DNA from: an uncultured delta proteobacterium
Lineage (GTDB): Bacteria > Bdellovibrionota > FAC87 > UBA2466
Reading direction: 5' to 3'
Length of the DNA: 64,000 bases
Assembly (NCBI GenBank): GCA_963778115.1
Contig: CAVZSV010000004.1
Location: 1,184,001 to 1,248,000, forward strand
Positions 30,217-40,150 of this stretch are shown here, in pieces. Position 1 is the first letter of the stretch, and each line of letters begins with the position of its first letter. The notes beneath the pieces are model-generated. The model searched no databases and was not told the DNA's origin. It was given only the letters and a program-made list of their open reading frames with translations. A program made the translations under genes and the position numbers.

Positions 30217-32052
30217 GTGCGGTTCTTTCACCTCACCATCGGAAAAAAGTTCATCGGCCTACTTATCGTATTGCTTGGATTGTCTATTTTTGCTCTGGGA
30301 AGCATTGCGACAAAGATGTTTTCCACTGACAACGTGGCTTTGGTCCAAGAGATGAACATTACCATCGCTGCAAGCCGCGCCACTCAGATTCGCGAGGTCT
30401 TTGAGGGCCTCACCCAAAAAATTCGCCTCTTGGGAGGGGTTCTAGTACAGCCGTCGCTCCCCCCGGAAATTAGTGGGACGCTATCTAAATCCTTCTTCGA
30501 GGAAGACCCCGGTGTTTTAGGAGTCATGGTCTATCAATGTGATGCCTCTGGATGTCACCCTAATGGACGTTCTCTTTCTAGCACTTTCGAGCAGATAGGG
30601 GACGCTCAGGCCGCCGATACGGTCGATAAGATTTCTCACAATGTTGATTTTTCCTTCTCGGCCCTTGCCAAAGGCGAGGTACAGATCTCTTCGATCAAAC
30701 TCATCGACGGGAGTTCTTCTATCCTACTAGGCATTCCGTTTATTAAATCTAGCGACACCTTTAGCCATGTGCTTGTCGCACTGCTTCGCGATTCTAAGTT
30801 TGGGAAGACCTTTGGAGAAAATGATTTAGTAACGGCTTACATGGTGGATAAAAAAGGGAAAGTCTTGGCACATCCGGATGCTTCCTTGGTCGCTTCCGCC
30901 GAAAATCTTTCCTACCTTCCCATCGTTAAGGATTTAGTTTCAGGAAAATTCAATAACGGCCAAAGCCGATATGTAGAGCCTGAGACTCAAGAAGCTAGAT
31001 TAGGAGCTTTTCGACGAGTGGGATTTGGCGGGTTGGGGGTGGTCGCCGAAGTACCGGAAGACAAGGCCTATGAAATTGCCCATCAGATGCAGCGAAGAGC
31101 CGCTCTTCTTGCTTGCGCCATTTTATGTTTTGCCATTCTATGCGGATATCTGATGTCTGAAAACATCACCCGTCCCATTGAAAAATTGGTCGACGCCGCT
31201 GAAGAGATCGCAAGGGGAAACTTTGACGTTACCCTATCGCCAAAAGGAAACGATGAAGTCGCCGAACTATCCCGTACCTTCGGAGTCATGGTCGAAGGTC
31301 TAAAAGAGCGGGATAAAGTCAAAAGTCTATTCACCAAATTCCATAATAAGGAAATCGTCGATAAATTGACCTCAGGCGAAGTGAAACTCGGAGGCGAAAG
31401 AAAAGAAGCCGCGGTTCTGTTTACCGATTTGCGCGGTTTTACCGCTTTCAGCGATTCTCTGGCACCCGAACGCGTTGTCGAGATGCTCAATGAATACATG
31501 ACCCGAATGGTTACGGTCATTCGAAATCACGGAGGAGTCGTCGATAAATTCGTGGGCGATGCCATTATGGCGGTTTGGGGAGTTCCCGAGAGTAAACCGG
31601 AAGATGCTTTACGGGCTTTGTCAGCGTGTTTAGAAATGCGAAAAGAGTTAGCCATACTCAATCAACTAAGAATCTCACGAAAAGAGGTTCCGCTTAAGAT
31701 AGGGATGGGACTCAATTTTGGTGATGTGACCGCTGGAAATATCGGGTCGTCTGAGCGAATGGAGTATACCGTGATAGGAGATGCGGTAAATGTCGCTTCT
31801 CGAATCGAATCAAAAACCAAAGAGATGGGAACCGATCTGCTGGTTTCCAAAGCTCTAGTTGCCCAAGTAGAAAAATCATTTTTATTCCAAAGTGCCGGCC
31901 TTGTAGAACTACGCGGGAAATCCGCCGCTTTGGAGCTCTTCAAAGTGCGAGGCTACATCAACGAAGCCGGAACGCCGGTTCTCGTGGAAACTCCGTATAG
32001 CAGTTTTGCCGAACCCGATTCCGATGGTCCTAGTATTATTTTCATGAAGTGA
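30217..32052 (+). CDS. Class III adenylate/guanylate cyclase with Cache and HAMP domains
   Basis: TM-Cache-TM-HAMP; LFTDLRGFT, DKFVGDAIMA, EYTVIGDAVNVASRIE; GTG 30217 follows GGAG RBS. Confidence 0.93.
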   Translation: MRFFHLTIGKKFIGLLIVLLGLSIFALGSIATKMFSTDNVALVQEMNITIAASRATQIREVFEGLTQKIRLLGGVLVQPSLPPEISGTLSKSFFEEDPGVLGVMVYQCDASGCHPNGRSLSSTFEQIGDAQAADTVDKISHNVDFSFSALAKGEVQISSIKLIDGSSSILLGIPFIKSSDTFSHVLVALLRDSKFGKTFGENDLVTAYMVDKKGKVLAHPDASLVASAENLSYLPIVKDLVSGKFNNGQSRYVEPETQEARLGAFRRVGFGGLGVVAEVPEDKAYEIAHQMQRRAALLACAILCFAILCGYLMSENITRPIEKLVDAAEEIARGNFDVTLSPKGNDEVAELSRTFGVMVEGLKERDKVKSLFTKFHNKEIVDKLTSGEVKLGGERKEAAVLFTDLRGFTAFSDSLAPERVVEMLNEYMTRMVTVIRNHGGVVDKFVGDAIMAVWGVPESKPEDALRALSACLEMRKELAILNQLRISRKEVPLKIGMGLNFGDVTAGNIGSSERMEYTVIGDAVNVASRIESKTKEMGTDLLVSKALVAQVEKSFLFQSAGLVELRGKSAALELFKVRGYINEAGTPVLVETPYSSFAEPDSDGPSIIFMK

Positions 32053-32055
32053 AAA

Positions 32056-32853
32056 TCAATGGGGCGCGCGGCACCAGTGTCTCCAATGTTCCGCATCCTT
32101 TTGCGGATCACTCACTTCGACAACCGGATGGAATTCCACGCTAGCCGTAATCGTCTTGGCTCCCAATAGATTCCATAAATGCGGTACGAAAGTATCGTTC
32201 CCCACGAAGGCAACCGTTTTCAAAGGAGAATACTGAATTCGAAAGGGTTGTATTTTTATGCCGTGAGCTTTGGCAATCTTAAAAGGACCCCAGCGCCAGG
32301 GCTTTTCCTCGTCGATAGCGGTAGTTCCCGCCGGAAAAATAGCAATGCTTTGGCGTTGATTTAGAATGCAGTCTGCTACTAGCTTTCCTGTCTCATTTCG
32401 TGAAGATTTGGAACCTCGTTCTACAAATAGGATCCCAGCACGACGACAGGCACTGCCCATCACGGGCCAGCTTCCCACACTTTTTTTCGCGATAAAGACG
32501 ACCGGCACCTGAGACATCAAAACGGGTATATCGACGTAGCTAATATGGTTACCGACAAAAATTACCGGTTCCCCCGTCGAAGCAATCCCCTCGCCAGTGA
32601 CTTCGAGCTGTAATAGGCGGTTCATCTTGTCGGCCCAAGTTTTCATATGGGCGTGAAGCGTCATCGATGAAAGCGTGCCTTCGGATTTTTCTGCTTGGTT
32701 GAGCAGATCCACTTCCCTTAAAGTATCCCGAAAGATACCCACCATTCTTGTCCCCCTGTCGTTAAGTACCGCAGGGCCAAAGCGTTTTAAGAGGCTTGAG
32801 GAATCTGTTAACGAAAGCCATTTATGTAAGAGCGAAAAGTTCAAGGTCCCCAT
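32056..32853 (-). CDS. Lysophospholipid acyltransferase (PlsC family)
   Basis: NHISYVD, FIAK, FVERG, FPAGT; start placed at ATG 32853 (track start 32970). Confidence 0.85.
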   Translation of the reverse strand: MGTLNFSLLHKWLSLTDSSSLLKRFGPAVLNDRGTRMVGIFRDTLREVDLLNQAEKSEGTLSSMTLHAHMKTWADKMNRLLQLEVTGEGIASTGEPVIFVGNHISYVDIPVLMSQVPVVFIAKKSVGSWPVMGSACRRAGILFVERGSKSSRNETGKLVADCILNQRQSIAIFPAGTTAIDEEKPWRWGPFKIAKAHGIKIQPFRIQYSPLKTVAFVGNDTFVPHLWNLLGAKTITASVEFHPVVEVSDPQKDAEHWRHWCRAPH

Positions 32854-32986
32854 TCCGTTAACACGTAAGTATCTTGACTGCTGTGCGTTGACAAGTGGCA
32901 GGGCAGCGGCTCGTAAAAAGCGTTGCCTCTCTTGGGGAGAGGAGTAGGATCGACCTCCGTAACCAAGCAATGGGGAGGAGAAAATA

Positions 32987-34192
32987 ATGGCTAAAGTAGT
33001 GTGTGTGCTCTATGACGATCCGGTAAATGGATATCCGAAATCCTACGCTCGAGATGAAGTTCCCAAACTCGAAAATTATCCCGACGGACAGACCTTACCC
33101 ACACCTCACCACATTGATTTTAAACCCGGTGAACTTTTGGGCTCCGTATCCGGAGAGTTGGGACTGAGAAGTTTTCTGGAGAAGCAGGGGCATACGCTGG
33201 TCGTCACTTCTGACAAAGACGGAGCGGACTCCGTCTTTGAACGCGAATTGGCCTACGCTGACGTCGTTATCTCGCAACCTTTCTGGCCCGCTTATTTGAC
33301 GGCGGAAAGAATCGCTCATGCCCCCAAGCTAAAACTGGCTATCACGGCGGGAATCGGGTCCGATCACGTGGATCTCCGTGCCGCCATGGAGAGAGGACTC
33401 ACCGTCGCGGAAGTGACCTACAGTAACAGCATTAGTGTATCGGAACACGTGGTGATGATGGTCCTCTCTTTGGTACGTAATTACATTCCTTCCTATCAGT
33501 GGGTGGTGAAGAAGGGGTGGAATATCGCCGATTGCGTGGCGCGCTCTTACGATTTGGAAGGAATGAACGTTGGTACCGTTGCCGCAGGCCGCATCGGTCT
33601 TGCTGTTTTGAAACGCCTTAAACCGTTCGACGTAAAACTCCATTACACGGATCGCCACCGGCTTCCCGAACAGACCGAAAAGGAGTTGGGATTAACGTAC
33701 CATCCGACTGTGGAGTCCATGGTAAAAGTATGCGATGTCGTCACCATAAACTGTCCCCTGCACCCCGAAACCGAGCATATGTTTAATGATGCGATGTTAG
33801 CAAAGATGAAAAAGGGCAGTTATCTCATAAATACGGCTCGAGGAAAGATTTGCGACAGGGAGGCCATCGTCCGGGCTTTGGAAAGCGGTCAGCTTGCCGG
33901 GTATGCCGGAGACGTTTGGTTTCCGCAACCAGCACCTAAAGATCACCCTTGGCGCCAAATGCCCCATCACGGCATGACGCCCCATACTTCTGGCTCAACC
34001 CTTTCCGCTCAAGCGAGATATGCGGCCGGGACAAGGGAGATCTTGGAATGCTGGCTCGAAGGAAAGCCCATTCGCGAAAAGTATCTTATCGTCGATAAAG
34101 GAAAACTTGTGGGGGCAGGAGCTCACTCTTATAGCGCGGGCAACGCCACTGCCGGAGCCGACGAAGCGGTAAAATTTAAAAATAATCTGTAG
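32987..34192 (+). CDS. fdh: NAD-dependent formate dehydrogenase (metal-independent)
   Basis: MAKVVCVLYDDP, ISQPFWPAYLT, AGIGSDHVD, VAAGRIG, YTDRH, NTARG, PHTSG: closely matches the Pseudomonas sp. 101-type FDH family. Confidence 0.96.
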   Translation: MAKVVCVLYDDPVNGYPKSYARDEVPKLENYPDGQTLPTPHHIDFKPGELLGSVSGELGLRSFLEKQGHTLVVTSDKDGADSVFERELAYADVVISQPFWPAYLTAERIAHAPKLKLAITAGIGSDHVDLRAAMERGLTVAEVTYSNSISVSEHVVMMVLSLVRNYIPSYQWVVKKGWNIADCVARSYDLEGMNVGTVAAGRIGLAVLKRLKPFDVKLHYTDRHRLPEQTEKELGLTYHPTVESMVKVCDVVTINCPLHPETEHMFNDAMLAKMKKGSYLINTARGKICDREAIVRALESGQLAGYAGDVWFPQPAPKDHPWRQMPHHGMTPHTSGSTLSAQARYAAGTREILECWLEGKPIREKYLIVDKGKLVGAGAHSYSAGNATAGADEAVKFKNNL

Positions 34193-34255
34193 TAGTTTCT
34201 AATTCCGTGAGCCGTTTTTCCCTCTCCTTACGCGTAGTCGGTAAGGAGAGAAAAA

Positions 34256-34684
34256 ATGAAATGGCTTGGACCGCTATTGCTTTTTTTACTTACGACCCCG
34301 CTCTGGGCGGACCTTATTCCCATGGAGGCACAAACTCGGGGGCAGCACGTAGATATCATCGTAAAAAACGTAGGCGATGAACCGATCGAGGGGCTTCTCC
34401 CGGGAATTACCGGCACTAGTCCCGTTACCGTTGCCATCCGCTCCGCAAGTCTTCGAACGGCGGCCCACTATTACCTAAGTTCGTTAAGCGTTCCGCTACC
34501 CGGAGCCGCCCAATCCGTGATTTCACTTACCCTAGCGCCTGATACCGTGGCAATTTGCGCTCCCCTGCTAGTCAAAGTTGCAGCAAACCGCACGGTAGAG
34601 TCTCACTGGGTAGAGATTCCCGTAAACGGAGCTCCAAAATGCAGGCAAGACGAGGTTCACCCGAAGCGAATGCGAAGCCGCTAA
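34256..34684 (+). CDS. Exported hypothetical protein
   Basis: AAGGAG RBS; signal peptide ending PLWA. Confidence 0.65.
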   Translation: MKWLGPLLLFLLTTPLWADLIPMEAQTRGQHVDIIVKNVGDEPIEGLLPGITGTSPVTVAIRSASLRTAAHYYLSSLSVPLPGAAQSVISLTLAPDTVAICAPLLVKVAANRTVESHWVEIPVNGAPKCRQDEVHPKRMRSR

Positions 34685-34726
34685 TCTGGTATGAGCCTTG
34701 CTTATCCTCCTCTTTATGGAGGCCAC

Positions 34727-34936
34727 ATGCAGATAGTCAGAAAACCGTTCGAAAACGAGTCACCCTATATCTCAATTCTGTCGGCGGATGAGTTCATTAA
34801 TACGGGACTCGGAAACCGAGAAGTGGAGCCGCCGAGAGAAAGTGCGGGCAGTGAAAGTTTTGATGAAATATCTGAACGATTAGAACCCTCTTTTCGAAGC
34901 GGGTGGAAGGCGAGATCTGTCGACTCAAAGGCGTAA
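34727..34936 (+). CDS. Small hypothetical protein
   Basis: GGAGG RBS before ATG 34727; no recognisable motif. Confidence 0.4.
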   Translation: MQIVRKPFENESPYISILSADEFINTGLGNREVEPPRESAGSESFDEISERLEPSFRSGWKARSVDSKA

Positions 34937-34999
34937 GTCTCATTGCAGGAAGGTGTCTTCATAAGAGTCATAGCGCTATCCACGTTTATTCGAGGAGTG

Positions 35000-37900
35000 C
35001 TAGGGCACCATTGGGATTTGACAGGTCGCCGTTTGCGAAGCATTGGTTTGACCTTGGATTACCAAAAGTCCGCTATTCGCTGTAGTGGTAGCAAGTTCAA
35101 GGGGTAGTCCGGAGGAGTACGTAGAGGAAATCTGTGTCCCCGTGAGGGAATTCAGAAAAACATTCACCGGGCCGTCCAAAAATCCGTTCAGAGAGATAGT
35201 GAAATTGTTATAGATGGTTTGCCCCTCAGTACTCGTCCCTGTAAAAGTTGCGATACATGCGGTTGCCATTAGAGAGGGAGGTGCCAGGGCGACCCCGATG
35301 GGGCTTTCAAGACTTGCGCTGGTGGCTGTAGTACTGCTACCGGAATTTCCGTTCCCTGCCACAGTGGAGATTATTCCTGTAGCTGCGGAAACCATGCGGA
35401 CGCGTAGGTTCCCACGATCTGCGATAAAAACGTCGTCGAATTCGTCCACGGCGATTCCTTCAGGATTGTATAATTCCGCCGCGGTCGCGGCTCCTCCGTC
35501 ATTCGAGTAGCCCGAAATTCCCGTTCCGGCGATCGTATAAATAAAACCGGGAGTTACCGTTTGCCCCAGATAGGTCGAACCATTAACTATCACGCTAGTG
35601 CGAGGGAAGCCGTCGTTCTGATTAATAAATACGTTCCCCCATCCATCTACGGCTATTCCTTGAGGGATAGTGAGCGTCGCGCTATTTGCAGAGACTGCGC
35701 TAACTGCCGATGTGGTGGTGTCACCTCCGGCGATGATGACCTTCGAACCTTGTGACAGGGACTGACCGAAGTAGGTTCCTTCGCTCATGACGATCATCTT
35801 AACGATTCCCCCGCTACCGCTTTCGGTGGCATAGACATTTCCTAAGTTATCAACGGCGACACCGTACGCAGTGCTCCCACTATCGATAATGGAGATTTGA
35901 GCGGAGCTTGCGGACACCATGATCACTCTCAAATTCCCCTGATCGGCAACATAGAGGTTCCCGTTCAAGTCTACCGCTAATCCGGTGGGAGTGTTCACCG
36001 GAGCCAGAATTTCATAAATGTTTCCCGCCTGGGGGTTGGAGATCCCAAAAAAACTGCCACTCACGCTTACGTTCATCACCACAGAAATTTGGTTATTGCT
36101 CGTATCGGAGACAAAGATATTTCCGGAGCGATCTATGGCAATCGCATGGGGACTGGTAAAGGCGGCGGAATTAGTCGCGGAGGATCCCGCCGGTGATGCC
36201 GAACCCGAGGTGTTAAGTACGCCCGCCACCGTACTCATGACGTTATTGCTGACCAATTGAACCACACGAGCCGCGGAGTCACCAATATAGAACTGAGGTA
36301 ACGTCACGGATAAGGTCACCGAGTTGGTGCTCACAAGAGTTCCCACACTCGCACTAATAGAGGTAGTGCCCGGGCCGGCCGCGGTGGCTATCCCAGTTCC
36401 AGTCACGATAGTAGCAGTGCTCGATGTTCCAGACGTCCAGGTCACCAGCGAGGTGATGTCGTGAGTGGTGGAATCAGAAAAAGTTCCCGTCGCGGTAAAC
36501 GCCACGGGAGATCCTACGACGGCCGTTGTCGTCGACGAAGCGATCATAATTTCCGTAAGCGAAGGGGGTGCCACAGCCACGCCGGCTGGGGCACGGAATA
36601 TTGCAGACACCGCGGCGCCATTGTCACCGGCATACCCATTCGTACCTGCAGTTCCAGCAACAGTGGTAATGATGCCGGCAGTGCTTATCAAACGGATCAC
36701 AGCGTTCGCAGTATCTGCAACATAGAGGTTTCCGGAGCCATCCACTGCGATCCCTAAGGGATACGCTGCGAATGCGGCTGAAGTAGCGGCGGTGGTGTCG
36801 CCGCTATAGCCTTGAACGATGCCGCCGGTAATGTTGTACAGATCGCCCGCTGTCATCTGCTGACCGAAAAAGTTTCCGGAAGTTACTGGAAGCATGCTAA
36901 CGCCGTATTCCTGCGTGAAGTAGACGTTACCCGAACTGTCGACCGTGATTGCAGTGGGGCTGTCGATATCGGTACTGGTGGCTACTCCACTTTGCGCCGT
37001 GTACTGGGGGGTACCGGTGCCTGCAATAGCAAAAATACTGCCTACCACCATCTGCTGTCCGAAGTAGGTTCCGGTTCGGGAAGGTATCATTAAAACTTCC
37101 TGAGCTGCCTGATCGGTAACGTAGACGTTCCCCGAAAGGTCAACGGCTACCCCCATGGGAGCGCTATATTGTTCAGAGCTGGCATTCATTATCGTATATA
37201 GATAATTCGCCGTCATCGCCTGCCCGAAATAGGTTCCCGAATTCGCGGGTACCATTTCAACGCGCTTCTCGCCTGGGTTTGCCATATAGAAGTTTCCCGC
37301 CACATCCACTGCTACTGCTTTGGGAGTCTGCAAGCTCGCCGCTATCGCAGGTCCTGTTGGATTGAATGCGCTCCCCCCGCCAATACCCGCAATTACGTCG
37401 ATGATTCCAGGGGTGGCTAGGTCAATTTGCGAGGTTTCAGGATCGGAAATGTACATCTTCCCCGAACTATCGACCGCGATCCCGTTGGGATATTCGAAAC
37501 CCGAGATGCTCAGCATCGTCTGCGGGTTGGGATTGATTTCGACGATAGCATTCGAACCGCCCTCGGAGGGAGTGATTCCCGCGGCAATAGAGATAGTCCC
37601 ATCACTAGCCACCTTTCGAATGATGTTGTTAGTGCTATCGGCGATGTAATAGGGAGTTCCCGCAGTAACGCTCATGGTATACGGTGCTGACGTTTCACTA
37701 CCCGCATCCGCAGTTGCCGTTAGAGTGACCGTGCCCTGAAGAGTGCCTACGACCGTATTTTCCACCATCCGCGCCGAACCACCGGTCGAAGTGATAATCC
37801 AGGAAATTGACGAAGTGGTTCCCGACACGGTAAGCAGCTGTGATTGTCCTACCGGGAGTGAAAGGGACGAGGGGGAAATCGTCAGCGCAAAGGTGGGCGC

Positions 37901-40150
37901 CGTTACGTTTACGCTTGTCGTTTGAGTAGTTAGATTGGGATAACTTGCCGAGATTAACACGGTCCCGGTACCCGAACTTGCGGCCGTTAAGATTCCCGTA
38001 GTGGCATCGATGGATGCGGGTCCGCTTGTGACATTCCAAGTAACCAAGGAAGTTGCGGGGCCAGATGATCCGTCCGTAAAGGTTCCCAAAGCCGTAATGG
38101 GATCCGTGGAGCCATTGGGGACACTAGAATTCACGGCCGTGATCGTAAATGAAACAAGGGTTGCCGCGGTAATGCTTACGCTCGCCGTTTGCGTCGCTAG
38201 ATTCGGATAGGTCGCTTGGACTTGAGCGGTACCGGTTCCGAGATCCGTATTAAGAATTCCTGTGCTCCCCCCAATCGTCGCTGGACCACTGGTAACACTC
38301 CAGGCAACCAAGGAGGTTACCGTTCCGGTAGAGTTGTCCGAAAAAATTCCCGTTGCCGTAAACGAATCCGTAAGTCCGTTTGCGATGCTTGAACTCGCCG
38401 GTGAGATCGTAAAGGACGTAAGGACCGCGGCCGTTACACTCACACTCGTCGTTTGCGTTGTTAGATTTGGATAGGTCGCCTGAATTTGGACGGTGCCGGT
38501 CCCACTTCCCGTGGTAAGAATTCCTGTACTCCCCCCGATAAAACCCGGCCCACTGACGACGCTCCAACTCACTAAGGAGGTCACGGTGCCAGTAGAGTTG
38601 TCCGAAAAAGTTCCTGTCGCCGTCAGTTGATCGGTGAGTCCGTTTGAGACGCTCGTACTCGCCGGTGAAACCGTAAAGGAAACCAAAGTGGCCGCGGTTA
38701 CCATTACACTCGCTGTCTGCGCTGTTAAATTCGGATAGGTCGCCTGAATTTGGACGGTGCCGGTCCCACTGCCCGTGGTAAGAATTCCTGTACTCCCCCC
38801 GATAAGACCCGGCCCACTGACGACGCTCCAACTCACTAAGGAGGTCACGGTGTCGGTAGTACGATCGGAAAAAGTTCCTGTCGCCGTTAAAGGATCGGTG
38901 GAGCCATTGGGGACACTCGAACTCCCCGGTAAGATCGTGAAAGAAACGAGGGTCGCCGCAGTTACGCTTATGCCCGCCGTTTGCGTCGTTAGATTCGGAT
39001 AGCTCGCCTGGATTTGAACGGTACCGATGCCACTGCCCGTGATAAGTATTCCTGTACTCCCCCCAATGGAACCCGGCCCACTGGTGACGCTCCAACTCAC
39101 TAAGGAGGTCACGGGGCCGGTCGTACGGTCGGAAAAGGTTCCCGTCGCCGTCAGTTGATCGCTGAGTCCGTTGGCGACGCTGTTGCTTGCGGCTGAAATG
39201 CTAAATGAGGTTAGCACGGCGGAGGTAACCGTAAGAGTCGCAGTTCCGGAAACAGTTCCGAGAGTCGCTGTAATAGTAACCGTTCCCACTCCAGTTCCCG
39301 TGGCTAACCCAACATTAACACCGCTAGAAACGAGGGAAGCGGATCCGGGGGTGATTCCGGTTCCCGTCGCCGGAGTCCCGGTCCACGTTACCAAAGCCGT
39401 CACGTCGGCGGTCGAATTGTCCGAGTAGGTTGCTGAAGCAGTAAAAGGGACCGAGTTGCCGTTCGCGATGGAGGTAGAACCCGGTGTAATTCGTATTGCC
39501 GTCAGGATCGCTGCGTTTGCGACACAACTACTCCCGATGCAACTGCTGCCCACGGCACACGTCGCGCTCGATGCGCACGTTGCCGGTAGAGAAGAGGTCG
39601 TGGCGCAACTGGTTTGTCCATTTCCGTTCGTACACGTGGAGCCGAAGGCGCAATTACCGGAAGAGGAACAGACCGATCCGTTGGTAGGAGAAGTTCCAGT
39701 ATGACAAGCGCCGTCCCCCCCGCAGTAAGACGCCGTGGAACAAGGATCGCTCGTATTATTACAACAGCTCACTGAAGTGCTCAAGGGAACCGATAGAGAA
39801 GCCGTTTGTCCGTTGACGTCGGTGGCGGAAACCGTGACGTCAGGATCGGAGAGATAAGAGGGAATCGCAAAAGAAGGACTTGCCCCAGAAGTAATCACGT
39901 TGGCGCTAGTGATAGTTCCGCCCGTCGGTGTCGAAGCGGTCAGCGCGTAAGGAGGAACTCCACCTGTAACGACAACACTTAGGTTGGTACCGGGGCACAC
40001 GTCCAGCGAGGGGCTAGCGAGTTTCACTTGGAGCGGAACACTGGAGGACCAATTCACCGAAGCGTTGCTGCACGAAGCGAGAGAAATACCGAGCACCATG
40101 GCTGTGGTGGCATGAAGTAGAAAAGATGTGAAGGAAACTCTTGGTATCAT
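35000..40150 (-). CDS. Giant surface lipoprotein: Cys-rich segment, tandem Big_2 Ig domains, NHL-repeat propellers
   Basis: Lipobox LASC; TATGTFSD..VTSLVSW Big_2 repeats; PxGIAVDxxGNxYxxD NHL repeats; GYSGDxxAATxA teneurin-like inserts. Confidence 0.9.
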   Translation of the reverse strand: MIPRVSFTSFLLHATTAMVLGISLASCSNASVNWSSSVPLQVKLASPSLDVCPGTNLSVVVTGGVPPYALTASTPTGGTITSANVITSGASPSFAIPSYLSDPDVTVSATDVNGQTASLSVPLSTSVSCCNNTSDPCSTASYCGGDGACHTGTSPTNGSVCSSSGNCAFGSTCTNGNGQTSCATTSSLPATCASSATCAVGSSCIGSSCVANAAILTAIRITPGSTSIANGNSVPFTASATYSDNSTADVTALVTWTGTPATGTGITPGSASLVSSGVNVGLATGTGVGTVTITATLGTVSGTATLTVTSAVLTSFSISAASNSVANGLSDQLTATGTFSDRTTGPVTSLVSWSVTSGPGSIGGSTGILITGSGIGTVQIQASYPNLTTQTAGISVTAATLVSFTILPGSSSVPNGSTDPLTATGTFSDRTTDTVTSLVSWSVVSGPGLIGGSTGILTTGSGTGTVQIQATYPNLTAQTASVMVTAATLVSFTVSPASTSVSNGLTDQLTATGTFSDNSTGTVTSLVSWSVVSGPGFIGGSTGILTTGSGTGTVQIQATYPNLTTQTTSVSVTAAVLTSFTISPASSSIANGLTDSFTATGIFSDNSTGTVTSLVAWSVTSGPATIGGSTGILNTDLGTGTAQVQATYPNLATQTASVSITAATLVSFTITAVNSSVPNGSTDPITALGTFTDGSSGPATSLVTWNVTSGPASIDATTGILTAASSGTGTVLISASYPNLTTQTTSVNVTAPTFALTISPSSLSLPVGQSQLLTVSGTTSSISWIITSTGGSARMVENTVVGTLQGTVTLTATADAGSETSAPYTMSVTAGTPYYIADSTNNIIRKVASDGTISIAAGITPSEGGSNAIVEINPNPQTMLSISGFEYPNGIAVDSSGKMYISDPETSQIDLATPGIIDVIAGIGGGSAFNPTGPAIAASLQTPKAVAVDVAGNFYMANPGEKRVEMVPANSGTYFGQAMTANYLYTIMNASSEQYSAPMGVAVDLSGNVYVTDQAAQEVLMIPSRTGTYFGQQMVVGSIFAIAGTGTPQYTAQSGVATSTDIDSPTAITVDSSGNVYFTQEYGVSMLPVTSGNFFGQQMTAGDLYNITGGIVQGYSGDTTAATSAAFAAYPLGIAVDGSGNLYVADTANAVIRLISTAGIITTVAGTAGTNGYAGDNGAAVSAIFRAPAGVAVAPPSLTEIMIASSTTTAVVGSPVAFTATGTFSDSTTHDITSLVTWTSGTSSTATIVTGTGIATAAGPGTTSISASVGTLVSTNSVTLSVTLPQFYIGDSAARVVQLVSNNVMSTVAGVLNTSGSASPAGSSATNSAAFTSPHAIAIDRSGNIFVSDTSNNQISVVMNVSVSGSFFGISNPQAGNIYEILAPVNTPTGLAVDLNGNLYVADQGNLRVIMVSASSAQISIIDSGSTAYGVAVDNLGNVYATESGSGGIVKMIVMSEGTYFGQSLSQGSKVIIAGGDTTTSAVSAVSANSATLTIPQGIAVDGWGNVFINQNDGFPRTSVIVNGSTYLGQTVTPGFIYTIAGTGISGYSNDGGAATAAELYNPEGIAVDEFDDVFIADRGNLRVRMVSAATGIISTVAGNGNSGSSTTATSASLESPIGVALAPPSLMATACIATFTGTSTEGQTIYNNFTISLNGFLDGPVNVFLNSLTGTQISSTYSSGLPLELATTTANSGLLVIQGQTNASQTATCQIPMVP
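37900..39220 (-). repeat. Five tandem Big_2 units, about 264-bp (88-aa) period, with high nucleotide identity
   Basis: Anchor GTCGCCGT/GTTGCCGT recurs near 39144, 38880, 38616 and 38352; long near-identical stretches between adjacent units; boundaries approximate. Confidence 0.85.

Noticed and set aside
30118..30231. Head-to-head overlap of the cyclase and FecR-like ORFs
   Set aside because: Artifact of longest-ORF starts; better starts at 30217 and 30123 leave a normal divergent gap.
32320..32340. FPAGT instead of FPEGT as a sign of an inactive acyltransferase
   Set aside because: The catalytic HxxxxD is intact and variation at this position alone is weak evidence.
38250..39095. 281-aa repetitive alternative-frame ORF (ERRQWAG repeats)
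   Set aside because: Off-frame reading of the 264-bp Big_2 repeats; one stop-free unit repeated explains its length.
37900..39220. Possible CRISPR array or diversity-generating retroelement repeats
   Set aside because: The repeats are long in-frame coding units with no spacers; there is no cas or reverse transcriptase gene and no adenine-specific variation was evident.
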